From Methanobacteriota archaeon (lineage in GTDB: Archaea > Halobacteriota > Bog-38 > Methanoflorentales > Methanoflorentaceae), in the NCBI GenBank assembly GCA_963719035.1, contig CAVRAO010000002.1, forward strand, positions 32,001 through 96,000: 64,000 bases of DNA, written 5' to 3'. A program made the translations under genes and the position numbers. Below, in pieces: positions 63,340 to 64,000 of this stretch (its first letter is position 1; each line of letters starts with the position of its first letter). The notes under the pieces are model-generated. The model saw only the letters and a program-made list of their open reading frames with translations. It was not told the origin of the DNA and made no database searches.

Positions 63340-64000
63340 ATGCGACTGGATTTATATCTCGTTCGGGAAAAGCTTGTCGCATCTCGTTCTCGAGCACAAA
63401 GGGCGATCAAGAGCGGGTTTGTCGCAGTTGACGGTAGAACGATACTAAAACCTTCGTTTGATGTAACGGGCGTTAATATCGTAATTGTCGCCGCCTCTGT
63501 AGATAAGCCAGCTGGTTATTGGAAGTTGAAAGGGATCCAAGAGGCCTTTGAATTGATCAAAATTGGGGACGTCGTTCTAGACATCGGCTCAAGTGCAGGG
63601 GGATTTTTGCGGTACGCGGCGGAGTTTGCTGAAAGGGTTTATGCAATCGAGTTCAGTTCTTCATCCAAGCAGCTTCTTGACGTCGTTGTCGAGCACTATT
63701 ACGACAAGGTGCATTTAATTTACGCTGACGCATTTTCTTTTGATTTTATGAGTTTCGGGGTCGACTTCGACGTTATTTTGAATGATGTTACTGCGGCACC
63801 AAAAGACTCATTAGAACTCCTTTTAAAGTCTTCTGCGGCGCTTAAGGCCGGCGGGCGCGTTTTGCAGGTTCTTAAGGGCAAACCTAAAGACAGACCTGTT
63901 GATGATTTTCTGAAACGATTTGAGGAGTCTGGCTTCAAAACGTTAAAAGTAATTACTGGTCAAAAAGAAGAGCTTTACGTTATTGCTGAGAAGGGGGCGA
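63340..64000 (+). CDS. S4-domain + FtsJ-type (TlyA-like) rRNA methyltransferase, 3' truncated (not in ORF track)
   Basis: MRLDLYLV..SRSRAQRAIKSG, GYWKL, VLDIGSSAGGF; open to the window end. Confidence 0.85.
   Translation, partial: MRLDLYLVREKLVASRSRAQRAIKSGFVAVDGRTILKPSFDVTGVNIVIVAASVDKPAGYWKLKGIQEAFELIKIGDVVLDIGSSAGGFLRYAAEFAERVYAIEFSSSSKQLLDVVVEHYYDKVHLIYADAFSFDFMSFGVDFDVILNDVTAAPKDSLELLLKSSAALKAGGRVLQVLKGKPKDRPVDDFLKRFEESGFKTLKVITGQKEELYVIAEKGA

Overview
Gene-dense core-genome segment of an archaeon. TFE, PCNA, PriS/L, aIF2a, Nop10, Trm56, AglB and DGGGPL reductase establish the domain. CofD, DmrX, marker-9 and DUF2150 suggest a methanogen-like Halobacteriota lineage (inference). The window holds two glycosylation loci, a methanopterin/F420 cofactor cluster, an LpdD-like/UbiX/UbiD operon, the pcn-priL-priS-gins-rpl44e-rps27e-aIF2a-nop10 cluster, aIF5A-speB-dys, pyrBI, cobT, larA and three tRNAs. 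Main observations: (1) a tRNA-Ile(GAU) with a 32-nt BHB intron at non-canonical D-stem position 23/24; (2) a Re-citrate-synthase-like gene clustered with an atypical LeuCD-type hydratase, an IDH-like dehydrogenase, a small Cys-rich protein and a divergent LarA; (3) a mosaic ~1.8 kb tandem duplication of a flippase; (4) five +1 frameshifts, three of them an extra G in GGGTAC, probably a methylation-linked sequencing error. No CRISPR array or transposase was seen. All product calls come from recognising motifs by eye; no database search was run.
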